The notes under the pieces: model-generated
Told to the model about the DNA's origin: nothing
What the model saw: the letters and a program-made list of their open reading frames with translations, nothing else
Database searches by the model: none
Shown: one piece after another, positions 16,499-24,705 of the stretch
How the letters are laid out: every line of letters starts with the position of its first letter
Numbering within the stretch: the first letter of the stretch is position 1
Position numbers and translations under genes: made by a program
Source of the DNA: Nitrospirota bacterium
GTDB taxonomy: Bacteria > Nitrospirota > UBA9217
Length of the DNA: 32,765 nt
Assembly (NCBI GenBank): GCA_035291685.1
Contig: DATDRO010000293.1
Span: 1 to 32,765 of the forward strand
Reading direction: 5' to 3'

Positions 16499-17428
16499 CT
16501 ACTTTTTCAACCGTACGCGCGGGTCGATAGCGTGGTACGAAAGATCCACGAGAAGGTTCATGGAAACGAAGACCACCGCGCCGAACAGGACCACTCCCAT
16601 GATGACGGGGTAATCTCTTTTGAGGATCCCGTCAAGCGCGTAGCGGCCGAGACCGTCCCAGCCGAAGATCGTTTCGGTAAGGACCGCTCCGTTCAGGTAC
16701 GAACCGAGGTCAAGGCCGATGAGCGTAATGACGGGGATAAGAGAGTTTTTCAGGGCATGCTTCAGAACCACACCGGTCTCGGAAAGACCTTTGGCCCGGG
16801 CCGCCGCGATATACGGCTGCGAGAGCGACTCGATCATGGACGCGCGGGTCACACGCGCGATGTAGGAAAGGGAGAACGTACCGAGCGTCACCGCCGGCAG
16901 AATGATGTAGACCAGACTGCCGTTACCCATGCCTGAGGGAGGGAGCCAGCGGAGGTGCAGCGAGAACAGGAGCATCAGCGTGAGCCCGAGCCAGAAGATC
17001 GGCACCGATATGCCGCCCACGGAAATAAGCGTTACGATCCTGTCCTGCCATGCCCCGCGCTTTACCGCCGCGTACACGCCGAGGGCAATGCCTCCTGTTG
17101 AGGCGAACAGTATGGCTGCCAGGGCGAGCCTGAGCGTGTTCGGGAATTTTTCGATGAGGTCGTCCGCTATTTTTCTGTTCGTGTAGTTCGAGCGGCCGAG
17201 CTCTCCCGTGGAGATCAACTTTAAGTAGCCGATGTACTGGAGCGGCAACGGCCGGTCCTGGCCGAGCTCGGCCCGAATCCTGGCTATGGTCTCCGGATTT
17301 GCCCGATCACCGGCCATCCCCTGAACAGGGTCTCCGGGCAAGGCCTGCATCAGAATAAACGTGATGAGCGTGATGCCGAGGAGGGTGGGGATGAAGAGTA
17401 AAATCCTTTTTACGATATAGCGCGCCAT
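16499..17428 (-). CDS. ABC transporter permease, OppB/DppB family
   Basis: N-terminus MARYIVKRILLFIPTLLGITLITFILMQALPGDP is the family signature, with an EAA-like core AARAKGLSETGVVLKHALKNSLIPVIT. Start set at ATG 17428. Confidence 0.9.
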   Translation of the reverse strand: MARYIVKRILLFIPTLLGITLITFILMQALPGDPVQGMAGDRANPETIARIRAELGQDRPLPLQYIGYLKLISTGELGRSNYTNRKIADDLIEKFPNTLRLALAAILFASTGGIALGVYAAVKRGAWQDRIVTLISVGGISVPIFWLGLTLMLLFSLHLRWLPPSGMGNGSLVYIILPAVTLGTFSLSYIARVTRASMIESLSQPYIAAARAKGLSETGVVLKHALKNSLIPVITLIGLDLGSYLNGAVLTETIFGWDGLGRYALDGILKRDYPVIMGVVLFGAVVFVSMNLLVDLSYHAIDPRVRLKK

Positions 17429-17491
17429 GACTATAACGAATCTTACACAATCCGGCGGCAAACTGCAAGGCGCAAGTTGCCTCGCGATTTA

Positions 17492-18535
17492 TTAAGACGG
17501 TTCGATAATCCCTCCGCCGACGACCGTGTCGCCGTCATAAAATACCGCTGCCTGGCCTGGGCACACGCCCGCAACAGGCCTGTCGAATGCGACGTGTACC
17601 CGCTTCTGCGGGAATGGCTCGATCACCGCGGAAACAAAAGGGGACCGATAGCGTATCTTCACGTCAACAGCCATCGGTGTTTTCAATTCATCAAAAGGGA
17701 TGAAGTGCGGCTCGGATACCGCCATCTCCTTCGTGAGAAGAGCGTCATGCTGTCCCAGGACGAGCCTGTTCGTACTTGGTTCCACCCGGACGACATAGAG
17801 CCGCTCACCGGCGGCAACGCCGAGCTTTCTCCGCTGGCCTACGGTAAAGAATGCAATGCCGTCGTGCCTTCCCACCGTCGTGCCGTCCATCAAAATCATA
17901 TCGCCGGGTCGCAGCGTTTCCGGAGCATGCTCTTTTAAAAAAGAGCGGTAGTCGTTGTCCGGGACAAAACAGATCTCCTGACTTTCCGGGCGTTCCGCCG
18001 CAGAAAGCTTAAGCCTCTGTGCGAGTTCCCGTACTTCGGTTTTACGATATCCTCCCAGGGGAAAGAGCACATGCTGCAACTGCTCCTGCGTCAACCGGTA
18101 TAAAAAATAACTCTGGTCCTTGCCGGCGTCGACACCTTTTTTGAGCAGCAGGCGGGAAGAGGCGGGCTCAGAATCGATCCGCGCGTAGTGCCCGGTTGCC
18201 AGATAGTCAAATTTGTTCGACCGCGCGTATAAGAGCAGCACGCGGAACTTGACGAGATCATTGCACCTGATACACGGGTTCGGAGTGCGGCCGCGACGGT
18301 ACTCGGAGATGAAATCCCCGACGATACTCTGCGAAAACTCGGCCTGTGCGTCGAGCAGGCGGTGCGGGACTTTGAGGTGATCGCAGACCGTGCGGGCAGA
18401 ATCGATGTCACAGCAGAGCCCAGGCGACAGCTTCAGGGTGACGCCTTCAACGGCATACCCCTTCTGCTGCAACAGGGCAGCGGTCACCGAACTGTCGACG
18501 CCGCCGCTCATGGCCACGAGAACGCGCTTTTTCAT
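17492..18535 (-). CDS. mnmA: tRNA 2-thiouridine(34) synthase MnmA
   Basis: PP-loop motif VAMSGGVDSSV, CC pair LSPGLCC, NPCIRCN, and ATGHYAR. Confidence 0.95.
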   Translation of the reverse strand: MKKRVLVAMSGGVDSSVTAALLQQKGYAVEGVTLKLSPGLCCDIDSARTVCDHLKVPHRLLDAQAEFSQSIVGDFISEYRRGRTPNPCIRCNDLVKFRVLLLYARSNKFDYLATGHYARIDSEPASSRLLLKKGVDAGKDQSYFLYRLTQEQLQHVLFPLGGYRKTEVRELAQRLKLSAAERPESQEICFVPDNDYRSFLKEHAPETLRPGDMILMDGTTVGRHDGIAFFTVGQRRKLGVAAGERLYVVRVEPSTNRLVLGQHDALLTKEMAVSEPHFIPFDELKTPMAVDVKIRYRSPFVSAVIEPFPQKRVHVAFDRPVAGVCPGQAAVFYDGDTVVGGGIIEPS

Positions 18536-18601
18536 AGTGTTAAAATGCTACCATCGATCCTTTTCCTGCCCGGTGCGCATCAGCATCTACCTGCGGCAAT
18601 A

Positions 18602-19318
18602 TTAGCGCTGTTTCCACTTCAGCACGAGGAGGGCAGCGGAACCGAGGACGAAGAGGATTCCTCCCGTGAACGCCCAGGCTGTGCCGGGGTCCCTGGTGAT
18701 CATGAGCAGGGCAACGGGCCGGGGATCAAGTTCGAAGCTCTTGAGGTAGATCCCCGCGCCCTGGTAAAAGAGCGGCTTGTTCGGGCCGAGCGTGCCCATC
18801 GCGACCCGCTCGTTGTTCTCGAAGAGCAGAACATCGGCGGACCAGTCCTTCGGGAAACCCCTGTCGTCGGCCTCAACGCGAATATCACGAAGATACAATG
18901 CCCTGTTCTCCGGCAGGCGCGCAAAGGTGCCTTTCAACATGCCCCCGGAAATCTTGTATCCCCACGCGGCGCCGAGAAGATGCGCGAAGAGAATGAAAAG
19001 GAACCCGGCGTGTACGACCTGCGGCGAGATGCGGCGAAGAAAATCGGCACGGGACCATCGGATTTTTATCGCCTGGATGCTGCAGACGATCGTATTGATG
19101 GCAAGCAGTACAAGGGCCGCGAGCGAGAGAAAGAACCACCATGTCTGGAACGGATTTTCTGCCGCCACCCCGGCGACCCACTGAAAGAGCAGAAGGTCGT
19201 TCATCGGCTGGAAAATATTCCGGTGGACGGGCATCAGGTATGAGCCGATGAAGAAGAGGACCACCAGTCCCAGCAGAGTCCAGACGGTCGTTTTGAGGGA
19301 GAGAAAAAAGTTTTTCAT
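18602..19318 (-). CDS. short ResB/CcsB-like membrane protein
   Basis: The N-terminus MKNFFLSLKTTVWTLLGLVVLFFIGSYL resembles ResB N-termini. The protein has only about 238 aa and lies directly downstream of a CcsA-family gene. Start set at ATG 19318. Confidence 0.55.
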   Translation of the reverse strand: MKNFFLSLKTTVWTLLGLVVLFFIGSYLMPVHRNIFQPMNDLLLFQWVAGVAAENPFQTWWFFLSLAALVLLAINTIVCSIQAIKIRWSRADFLRRISPQVVHAGFLFILFAHLLGAAWGYKISGGMLKGTFARLPENRALYLRDIRVEADDRGFPKDWSADVLLFENNERVAMGTLGPNKPLFYQGAGIYLKSFELDPRPVALLMITRDPGTAWAFTGGILFVLGSAALLVLKWKQR

Positions 19319-19328
19319 AAGATACGCC

Positions 19329-19400
19329 GCAGAGGGCATAGCGCATAGGGCAGAGGGTTTTTCTCTTACGCTTTGCGCTCTGCTCTATGCTCCGTGCGCT
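19329..19400. repeat. REP-like imperfect palindrome in the ccsA-like / resB-like intercistronic spacer
   Basis: CATAGGGCAGAGGG (19344-19357) pairs with CGCTCTGCTCTATG (19376-19389) at 12 of 14 positions. It shares GCGCATAGGGC and AGAGGGCA with 14259-14348. Confidence 0.4.
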
Positions 19401-19402
19401 TC

Positions 19403-20161
19403 CTAAAACTCATGCGAGCTCTTCATCAGGAGTCCCACGCCTACATAGGTAAACAACACAATGACGAAACCCGCGATGCCCATCCATGCCACCGGCTTTC
19501 CTGTCCAGCCCTGCACGAGTCTCGCGTGCAGATAGAGGCCATAGAAAAGCCAGACGATCGTGGTCCAGAGTTCCTTCGGTGTCCAGAGCCAGTAAGTGCC
19601 CCAGGCCAGGTACGCCCAGATAGCGCCGAAGAACATGGCAAGAGAAAAAAGAACATAGCCCAGGAGCACGACGCGGTACTGGTGCGTTTCCGCGGAGCGC
19701 TCTTTCGTGGCGAGCGACAGAACGCCGAACACAGCACCCAGCGCGAAGAGCGCATAGGCGATAAAAGAAAGGATAACATGGAGCTCGAACCATATGGTCT
19801 TGAGTACCGGCGGCAGCGGCCCGGCCATAACCGGCGAGACGACTGAGCCGGTGAGAAATACCAATAGAACAGGAATGGTAATGTATGAAAACAGACCACG
19901 CTTCCGGTTCCACCCCGCGATCGCGAACGATGCACCAATCGAAAAGGCGAGAAAACCGAGTGTATCGTGAAGGCCGATGAGCGGTATTCTGCCGTACTGA
20001 ATCGCAGCCGCTCCGATGAGAACGCCGTGAAGACCCAGCGCCGGCAGGATCATCCGCGGACGATACAGGGCGATGGGATAGAGTATGAAGAGCGCTATTT
20101 CCATAGAGAGAAGACACAAAAGGCATCCCGATTGTCCGAGATGCCTCTGTTTATGATACAT
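19403..20161 (-). CDS. cytochrome c assembly protein family (CcsA/ResC/HemX/YpjD-like) membrane protein
   Basis: Trp-rich WWD-like motif FGAIWAYLAWGTYWLWTPKELW in a polytopic protein. An alternative start lies at 20104 (MEIALFILY). Confidence 0.8.
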   Translation of the reverse strand: MYHKQRHLGQSGCLLCLLSMEIALFILYPIALYRPRMILPALGLHGVLIGAAAIQYGRIPLIGLHDTLGFLAFSIGASFAIAGWNRKRGLFSYITIPVLLVFLTGSVVSPVMAGPLPPVLKTIWFELHVILSFIAYALFALGAVFGVLSLATKERSAETHQYRVVLLGYVLFSLAMFFGAIWAYLAWGTYWLWTPKELWTTIVWLFYGLYLHARLVQGWTGKPVAWMGIAGFVIVLFTYVGVGLLMKSSHEF

Positions 20162-20185
20162 GGGTGATAATGGAACGTTCGAAAA

Positions 20186-20473
20186 CTATTTTTTCCCGAG
20201 GATTGCCTCTTTTGCGGCCTTGGCAACGCGGAACTTTACGACCTTCTTGGCAGGGATCTTGATCGCCTCGCCTGTCTGGGGATTTCTGCCCATGCGAGCC
20301 TTGCGGTTCACGAGGACGAGTTTTCCCAGGCCCGGAAGCGTGAAGGCGTTCTTTGCCTCTTTGTACGCGAGCGCTGCCATGTCTTCCAGGATCTGTACCG
20401 CTAATTTCTTCTTGATGCTTGCCTTCTTCGCAATGTGGTCCGCAATCTGAGACTTCGTCATGGCTTTTGCCAT
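20186..20473 (-). CDS. HU/IHF family nucleoid-associated DNA-binding protein
   Basis: RKARMGRNPQTGEAIKIPAKKVVKFR arm motif. AAGGAGG lies 7 nt upstream of ATG 20473. Confidence 0.93.
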   Translation of the reverse strand: MAKAMTKSQIADHIAKKASIKKKLAVQILEDMAALAYKEAKNAFTLPGLGKLVLVNRKARMGRNPQTGEAIKIPAKKVVKFRVAKAAKEAILGKK

Positions 20474-20550
20474 AAACTTACCTCCTTTAATAAAATGAAA
20501 TTGAGAATTTCCGACCGCCTGAGGCAGGTTATCTGCACCCTTCGAAACAA

Positions 20551-20579
20551 AGTATATACAGTCCCAGGGAAAATAGCAA
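20551..20579 (-). promoter_or_regulatory. sigma70-like promoter of the HU gene
   Basis: The minus strand reads TTGCTA (20579-20574), a 17-nt spacer, then TATACT (20556-20551). An AT-rich UP-like tract lies upstream (20580-20615). Confidence 0.5.
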
Positions 20580-20654
20580 GCAAAATTTTAATAAAAGTTT
20601 TTTATTTTATCAGATAACATCGGACAGGACTGCGTGAAGGGGTCCTGTGAGAAA

Positions 20655-20706
20655 AGAGCACCGTGATTTTAACCCTCGAAAAGCAAGCCGGCCTGGTGCT
20701 CTTTTT
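20655..20706 (+). terminator. orphan terminator-like hairpin with no upstream + strand gene
   Basis: AGAGCACC (20655-20662) pairs with GGTGCTCT (20695-20702), followed by a T-run reaching 20706. It is preceded by a second hairpin, ACAGGAC (20624-20630) with GTCCTGT (20642-20648). Confidence 0.3.
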
Positions 20707-20917
20707 CCTGCGCATGCCAGCCGGCAGAAAAACAAAACCGCCTGTTCCTCCGAAGCAATTATTCGATCTCAGTCGCGAAGGGTGAACGTTCAGTACAAAA
20801 AATGAACAGACGGGTGAATATCTTGCCTTACTATGATGTCTTTCCCGCCGCGCGATGGGAGAAAATCTCATGACGTACCTTGCGGCGAAGAGGTATCCGC
20901 AGCCCCAAGGTTTTCCG

Positions 20918-20947
20918 TTGACTTTGGCGGCCAATTTGTGTGATAAT
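20918..20947 (+). promoter_or_regulatory. sigma70-like promoter (extended -10) for the 41-codon gene
   Basis: TTGACT (20918-20923), an 18-nt spacer ending in TGT, then GATAAT (20942-20947), about 58 nt upstream of ATG 21006. Confidence 0.5.
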
Positions 20948-21005
20948 TCAAAACTCCAGCAGGAGCAGGAAATTACCATTCTTTATTTAATCAGGAGGCA
21001 TGGTC

Positions 21006-21131
21006 ATGGCCACAAAAACAAATTTCATCCTTAAAGTTGCGGAAGCGAAGCTTGCAGATGTCCAGAAGGCGCTCAAGGACGCAAATATCAACGTGGTGAG
21101 CATTATGGAGATCCATAAGGAAGGGGCATAG
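21006..21131 (+). CDS. small protein, 41 aa (MATKTNFILKVAEAKLADVQKALKDANINVVSIMEIHKEGA), unknown function
   Basis: Below the ORF-track cutoff and translated by hand. AGGAGG (20993-20998) lies 7 nt upstream of the ATG. It has its own promoter and a hairpin plus T-run overlapping the stop codon. Confidence 0.5.
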   Translation: MATKTNFILKVAEAKLADVQKALKDANINVVSIMEIHKEGA

Positions 21132-21150
21132 TTTTACGCCCCACGTTTTT
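21123..21150 (+). terminator. weak rho-independent terminator after the 41-codon gene
   Basis: GGGGC (21123-21127) pairs with GCCCC (21138-21142) around a 10-nt loop, followed by ACGTTTTT. Confidence 0.35.
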
Positions 21151-21293
21151 CGATCAACGGGATGCTTCCCAACGAGCGCCGGAGGACCATGCGAGCGTAG
21201 GACCGGACGTTCTGCAGTTCAGGACACGGCATACGATCACAGTCCCCAATCCTGTAATCTGCTATACTTGGCTTATACACTCCACGCGAAATC

Positions 21294-21554
21294 ATGAAAA
21301 TTACACTTGCTGAACTCGAACGTGTCGCAGAGGCCCTTTCGGTAAAGGTGTCGTATGACGACCTTAAGACGTCGAAAGGGGGTTCGTGCCGGGTGATGGA
21401 ATCCCGCAGGATCATCATCAACAAACACCTCGCGGCCGGTGAAAAGATAAATCTTCTGGCGCGGGAACTTGCAGGGTTTGACCTGGGCGGACTGGCTGTT
21501 CCGGAGAACGTGCTGAAAAAGATACGGCACGAAGCGGAGCGTTGTTCCGCGTGA
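21294..21554 (+). CDS. hypothetical protein, 86 aa
   Basis: An ORF on the same strand as the downstream Slp genes, with coding-like codon usage. No SD was seen. The competing 282-aa antisense ORF also runs antisense to a recognisable Slp gene. Confidence 0.4.
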   Translation: MKITLAELERVAEALSVKVSYDDLKTSKGGSCRVMESRRIIINKHLAAGEKINLLARELAGFDLGGLAVPENVLKKIRHEAERCSA

Positions 21555-21616
21555 CGCCTCGCGTGTAAAAAGCACAGAGGCAGCGCCGGCGATGCAGCAT
21601 AACCGAGGAGTCCGCT

Positions 21617-22129
21617 ATGAATAAAGCAGTGCTTCTCATGGTGATCGCGCTTTGTATAGAGGGGTGTACGTATGCCATCTCCCGCGATATGGCGGGGAAG
21701 GCGGATAAGACCATTACCTTCAATATGATCATGACGGACCCCGAGGCGTTCACAGGAAAGCTCGTTATCTTCGGCGGGACCATTGCTTCCGTCAAAAATG
21801 CCAAAGAAGGAACCTTCATTGAGGTGATCCAGAAGTCCCTTGACTATTGGGGAAAGCCCAAGCGCACGGATAAAAGCAGCGGCAGATTTCTGGTCTTCTA
21901 CCGGGGCTATCTCGACTCCCTGGTCTATTCTCCGGGGCGCGATATTACCGTAGCCGGAGAGGTGGCCGGCACCCGGCAGCAAACGCTGGGAGCAATAGAC
22001 TTCAGCTACCCGCTCCTCTTTTCAAAAGAGCTCAAGCTCTGGGAGAGACCGGAGATGTCCGCACGAGAGCCCAAGTGGTGGGACCCGCTTTATGATCCCT
22101 ATGGGCCTGAGACCGGCATAAGGCCATGA
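21617..22129 (+). CDS. Slp family outer-membrane lipoprotein (paralog 1)
   Basis: Signal peptide with Cys (ALCIEGC), then ...GKLVIFGGTI......EGTFIEVIQKSLDYWGKPKRTDKSSGRFLVFY.GYLD..VY.PGR.ITVAGEV. GAGGAG SD is present. Confidence 0.82.
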   Translation: MNKAVLLMVIALCIEGCTYAISRDMAGKADKTITFNMIMTDPEAFTGKLVIFGGTIASVKNAKEGTFIEVIQKSLDYWGKPKRTDKSSGRFLVFYRGYLDSLVYSPGRDITVAGEVAGTRQQTLGAIDFSYPLLFSKELKLWERPEMSAREPKWWDPLYDPYGPETGIRP

Positions 22130-22239
22130 TTGCGTAAGCCCGCGTTCCTTCTCCATCGTTCGCTCCCTCCGCGACCTGATGCTGAGACTTCAGCGGCAAA
22201 CTTTCTATTTATTGCATCGCCTCTTTTAAGGAAGCAATT

Positions 22240-22740
22240 ATGAAAAGGGTGAGATATACAGGGCAGATCATAGCGCTCCTTGCCGCAGTCGTCGGGGCGG
22301 TCAGTTGCGCTCCTCCGTTTCCGAAAGAGGTCCTCGAAAAGACTGACCGGAACATCTCGTTTCGAGACCTCCGGGAGAACCCCGAAAAATATAAGGGCAC
22401 ATGGGTCATGGTCGGCGGCATTATTGTCGATGCCAAAAGCATGAAGGAGGGCTCATACCTGGAGGTTCTTCAGAAGGCACTGGACAGCCGGGGGAGGCCG
22501 CTTCGGACGGACGCAACGGAAGGACGGTTCCTGGTCTTTTCCGAAAAGTTTCTGGACCCCGCCGTGTATCCACGTGGGCGGGCGATCTCGGTTGTGGCCG
22601 AGGTGGCCGGCAAAAGAGTCCTTCCCCTGGGCGATATCGAGTACCAGTATCCCCTGCTTAATGCCAAAGCAATACGCCTGTGGGAGCCGTACACCGGACC
22701 GACATTTCATTTCGGCATCGGCGTGTTCCATCAGTTCTAA
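22240..22740 (+). CDS. Slp family outer-membrane lipoprotein (paralog 2)
   Basis: Lipobox AVSC. The protein is colinear with paralog 1 (GTWVMVGGII...EGSYLEVLQKALDSRGRPLRTDATEGRFLVF...GRAISVVAEVAGKR). AAGGAAG SD is present. Confidence 0.82.
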   Translation: MKRVRYTGQIIALLAAVVGAVSCAPPFPKEVLEKTDRNISFRDLRENPEKYKGTWVMVGGIIVDAKSMKEGSYLEVLQKALDSRGRPLRTDATEGRFLVFSEKFLDPAVYPRGRAISVVAEVAGKRVLPLGDIEYQYPLLNAKAIRLWEPYTGPTFHFGIGVFHQF

Positions 22741-22766
22741 AGGAATTTCATGAACGAGGAGTTCCC

Positions 22767-24590
22767 ATGAAAAAAGGCCAACAACTCATTTTCTACATAC
22801 TGATGTTCTTTGCGTTCATCAGTTTGTTCCGGTTCTTTTCCGCTCCACAACCGGAAGATATTTCCTACGACAAATTCAAGACCCTGCTCGCGGAAAAACA
22901 GGTAAAGGATGTTGTCGTCAACAAGGACCAGATCAGGGGCGTGCTCCTCCCCGCGACGACGACGGAGAAGGGAAAACCTTTCTCGGTCGTGCGCGTTGAT
23001 GATCCGGATATCGTCAAGGACCTCCAGCGCGCCGGCGTGACCTACCGGGGCGAGATATCGGACAACTGGGTCAGAGACATCCTGCTCACCTGGGTGCTTC
23101 CGCTCATTCTGCTTCTCGGTCTCTGGAGTTTCATCTTCAGAAAAATGGGAGCAGGAGGCCCCGGTGAAACCTTCATGAGCTTCGGGAAATCCCGCGCCAA
23201 GATCTACGGTGAGAGCGACGTGAAGGTCACGTTCAACGACGTGGCCGGCGTTGATGAGGCCAAGGAAGAGCTCATGGAAGTGATCGAATTCCTCCGCCTC
23301 CCCGAGAAGTTCACGAAGCTTGGGGGCCGCATCCCCAAAGGGGTGCTGCTCGTCGGCCCGCCGGGGACCGGCAAGACGCTCCTGGCCAAGGCAGTGGCCG
23401 GTGAGGCTAAGGTCCCGTTCTTTTCCATGAGCGGCTCGGAGTTTGTCGAGATGTTCGTGGGCGTGGGCGCGTCACGCGTTCGCGACCTGTTCCAGCAGGC
23501 CGTGCAGAAAGCGCCGTGCATCATCTTCATTGATGAACTGGACGCAATCGGCCGCGCGCGCGGTGTGGGCATGGCGGGCGCTCATGAAGAGCGTGAGCAG
23601 ACCTTGAACCAACTTCTTGCCGAGATGGACGGCTTTGACCCGCGCAAGGGCGTGATCATCATCTCAGCAACCAACCGGCCGGAGATACTCGACCAGGCCC
23701 TGCTCCGCCCGGGACGCTTCGATCGGCACGTGCTCGTGGACCGGCCGAACATCAAGGACCGCGAGGATATTTTGAAGATCCACATCCGCGGCGTCAAGCT
23801 CTCGAAGGACGTGGACATCGCCGTGATCGCGGCGCGCACACCCGGGTTTGTGGGCGCGGACCTCGCGAACATCGTGAACGAGTCCGCGCTGTTGGCCGCA
23901 CGCAAGAACAAGACCGAGGTGGACATGACGGACTTCGAGGCTGCAATCGACCGCATTGTCGCCGGCCTTGAGAAAAAGCGGCGTGTCATGAACAAAAAGG
24001 AGAAGGAGATCGTGGCATACCATGAATGCGGCCACACGCTCATGGCCGAACTTCTTCCTACGACCGACCCGGTCCATCGGGTGTCCATCATCCAGCGCGG
24101 CATCGCAGCGCTCGGCTACACCCTGCAGCTCCCGACCGAGGACCGGTATCTGATGACCAAAACCGAACTTCTCGACAAGCTGTGTGTCATGCTCGGCGGC
24201 CGCGTGGCCGAGGAGATCGTCTTCAAAGAGATCTCGACAGGCGCCCAGAATGATCTTCAGCGCGCCGCGTCCATCGCGCGCAGCATGGTCACGGAATACG
24301 GCATGACCGAACGCTTCGGCCCGTTGACATTCGAAAAAGAACGACGGTCCCTGTTCCTCGATATCGGTCTGCCCTCGGGAGTCAAGGAGTACAGCGAGGA
24401 CACGGCCCGTGAGATCGACCAGGAAGTAAAACGTCTTATAGACGACGCCTACAAGAAAGTCAAGTCTACACTCACGACCAACCAGGACAAGCTCAAGACC
24501 CTTGCCGTCGTGCTCCTGGAAAAGGAAACGATCGAGGGGGATGAGATCAGAAAAATATTGGGATTGCCGGAGAAGAAGAAAGAGGGGTGA
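22767..24590 (+). CDS. ftsH: ATP-dependent zinc metalloprotease FtsH
   Basis: Two N-terminal TM segments, Walker [19 protein letters not shown], Walker [10 protein letters not shown], the SRH region and zinc motif HECGH. Start set at ATG 22767 with GAGGAG upstream. Confidence 0.96.
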   Translation: MKKGQQLIFYILMFFAFISLFRFFSAPQPEDISYDKFKTLLAEKQVKDVVVNKDQIRGVLLPATTTEKGKPFSVVRVDDPDIVKDLQRAGVTYRGEISDNWVRDILLTWVLPLILLLGLWSFIFRKMGAGGPGETFMSFGKSRAKIYGESDVKVTFNDVAGVDEAKEELMEVIEFLRLPEKFTKLGGRIPKGVLLVGPPGTGKTLLAKAVAGEAKVPFFSMSGSEFVEMFVGVGASRVRDLFQQAVQKAPCIIFIDELDAIGRARGVGMAGAHEEREQTLNQLLAEMDGFDPRKGVIIISATNRPEILDQALLRPGRFDRHVLVDRPNIKDREDILKIHIRGVKLSKDVDIAVIAARTPGFVGADLANIVNESALLAARKNKTEVDMTDFEAAIDRIVAGLEKKRRVMNKKEKEIVAYHECGHTLMAELLPTTDPVHRVSIIQRGIAALGYTLQLPTEDRYLMTKTELLDKLCVMLGGRVAEEIVFKEISTGAQNDLQRAASIARSMVTEYGMTERFGPLTFEKERRSLFLDIGLPSGVKEYSEDTAREIDQEVKRLIDDAYKKVKSTLTTNQDKLKTLAVVLLEKETIEGDEIRKILGLPEKKKEG

Positions 24591-24641
24591 GAATAACGAC
24601 GCACGATGCATGATGCAGGAACCGTGATCATCCGAAACAAT

Positions 24642-24675
24642 GAAAGAGCGCCCTTGCAATTAAGGGCGCTCTTTC
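24642..24675. terminator. bidirectional terminator between convergent ftsH and parC-like genes
   Basis: Perfect 14-bp stem GAAAGAGCGCCCTT (24642-24655) with AAGGGCGCTCTTTC (24662-24675) and a 6-nt loop. T-rich sequence lies at or after the stem on both strands. Confidence 0.75.
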
Positions 24676-24705
24676 TATACGTACACGGTTTTGAGACGTC
24701 GATTC

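Noticed and set aside
16346-16936. 196-aa + strand ORF spanning the inter-permease spacer and the oppB-like 3' end.
   Set aside because: It is mostly antisense to a clear OppB-family gene and is His/Arg/Asp-rich with no motifs.
18362-19243. 293-aa + strand ORF, plus the alternative minus frames 18885..19346, 19410..20126 and 19441..19938.
   Set aside because: They are antisense or out of frame to the mnmA, ResB-like and CcsA-family genes, whose frames carry the recognisable motifs.
20602-20979. 125-aa minus-strand ORF in the HU-upstream gene-free region.
   Set aside because: It has no SD and a Cys/Arg/Ser-rich, non-protein-like composition. It spans the hairpin/T-run structures and the promoter of the 41-codon gene.
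21134-21982. 282-aa minus-strand ORF (and 21273..21575, 21418..21819).
   Set aside because: It is antisense to the 86-aa ORF and to a clearly recognisable Slp-family lipoprotein gene, and has no motifs of its own.
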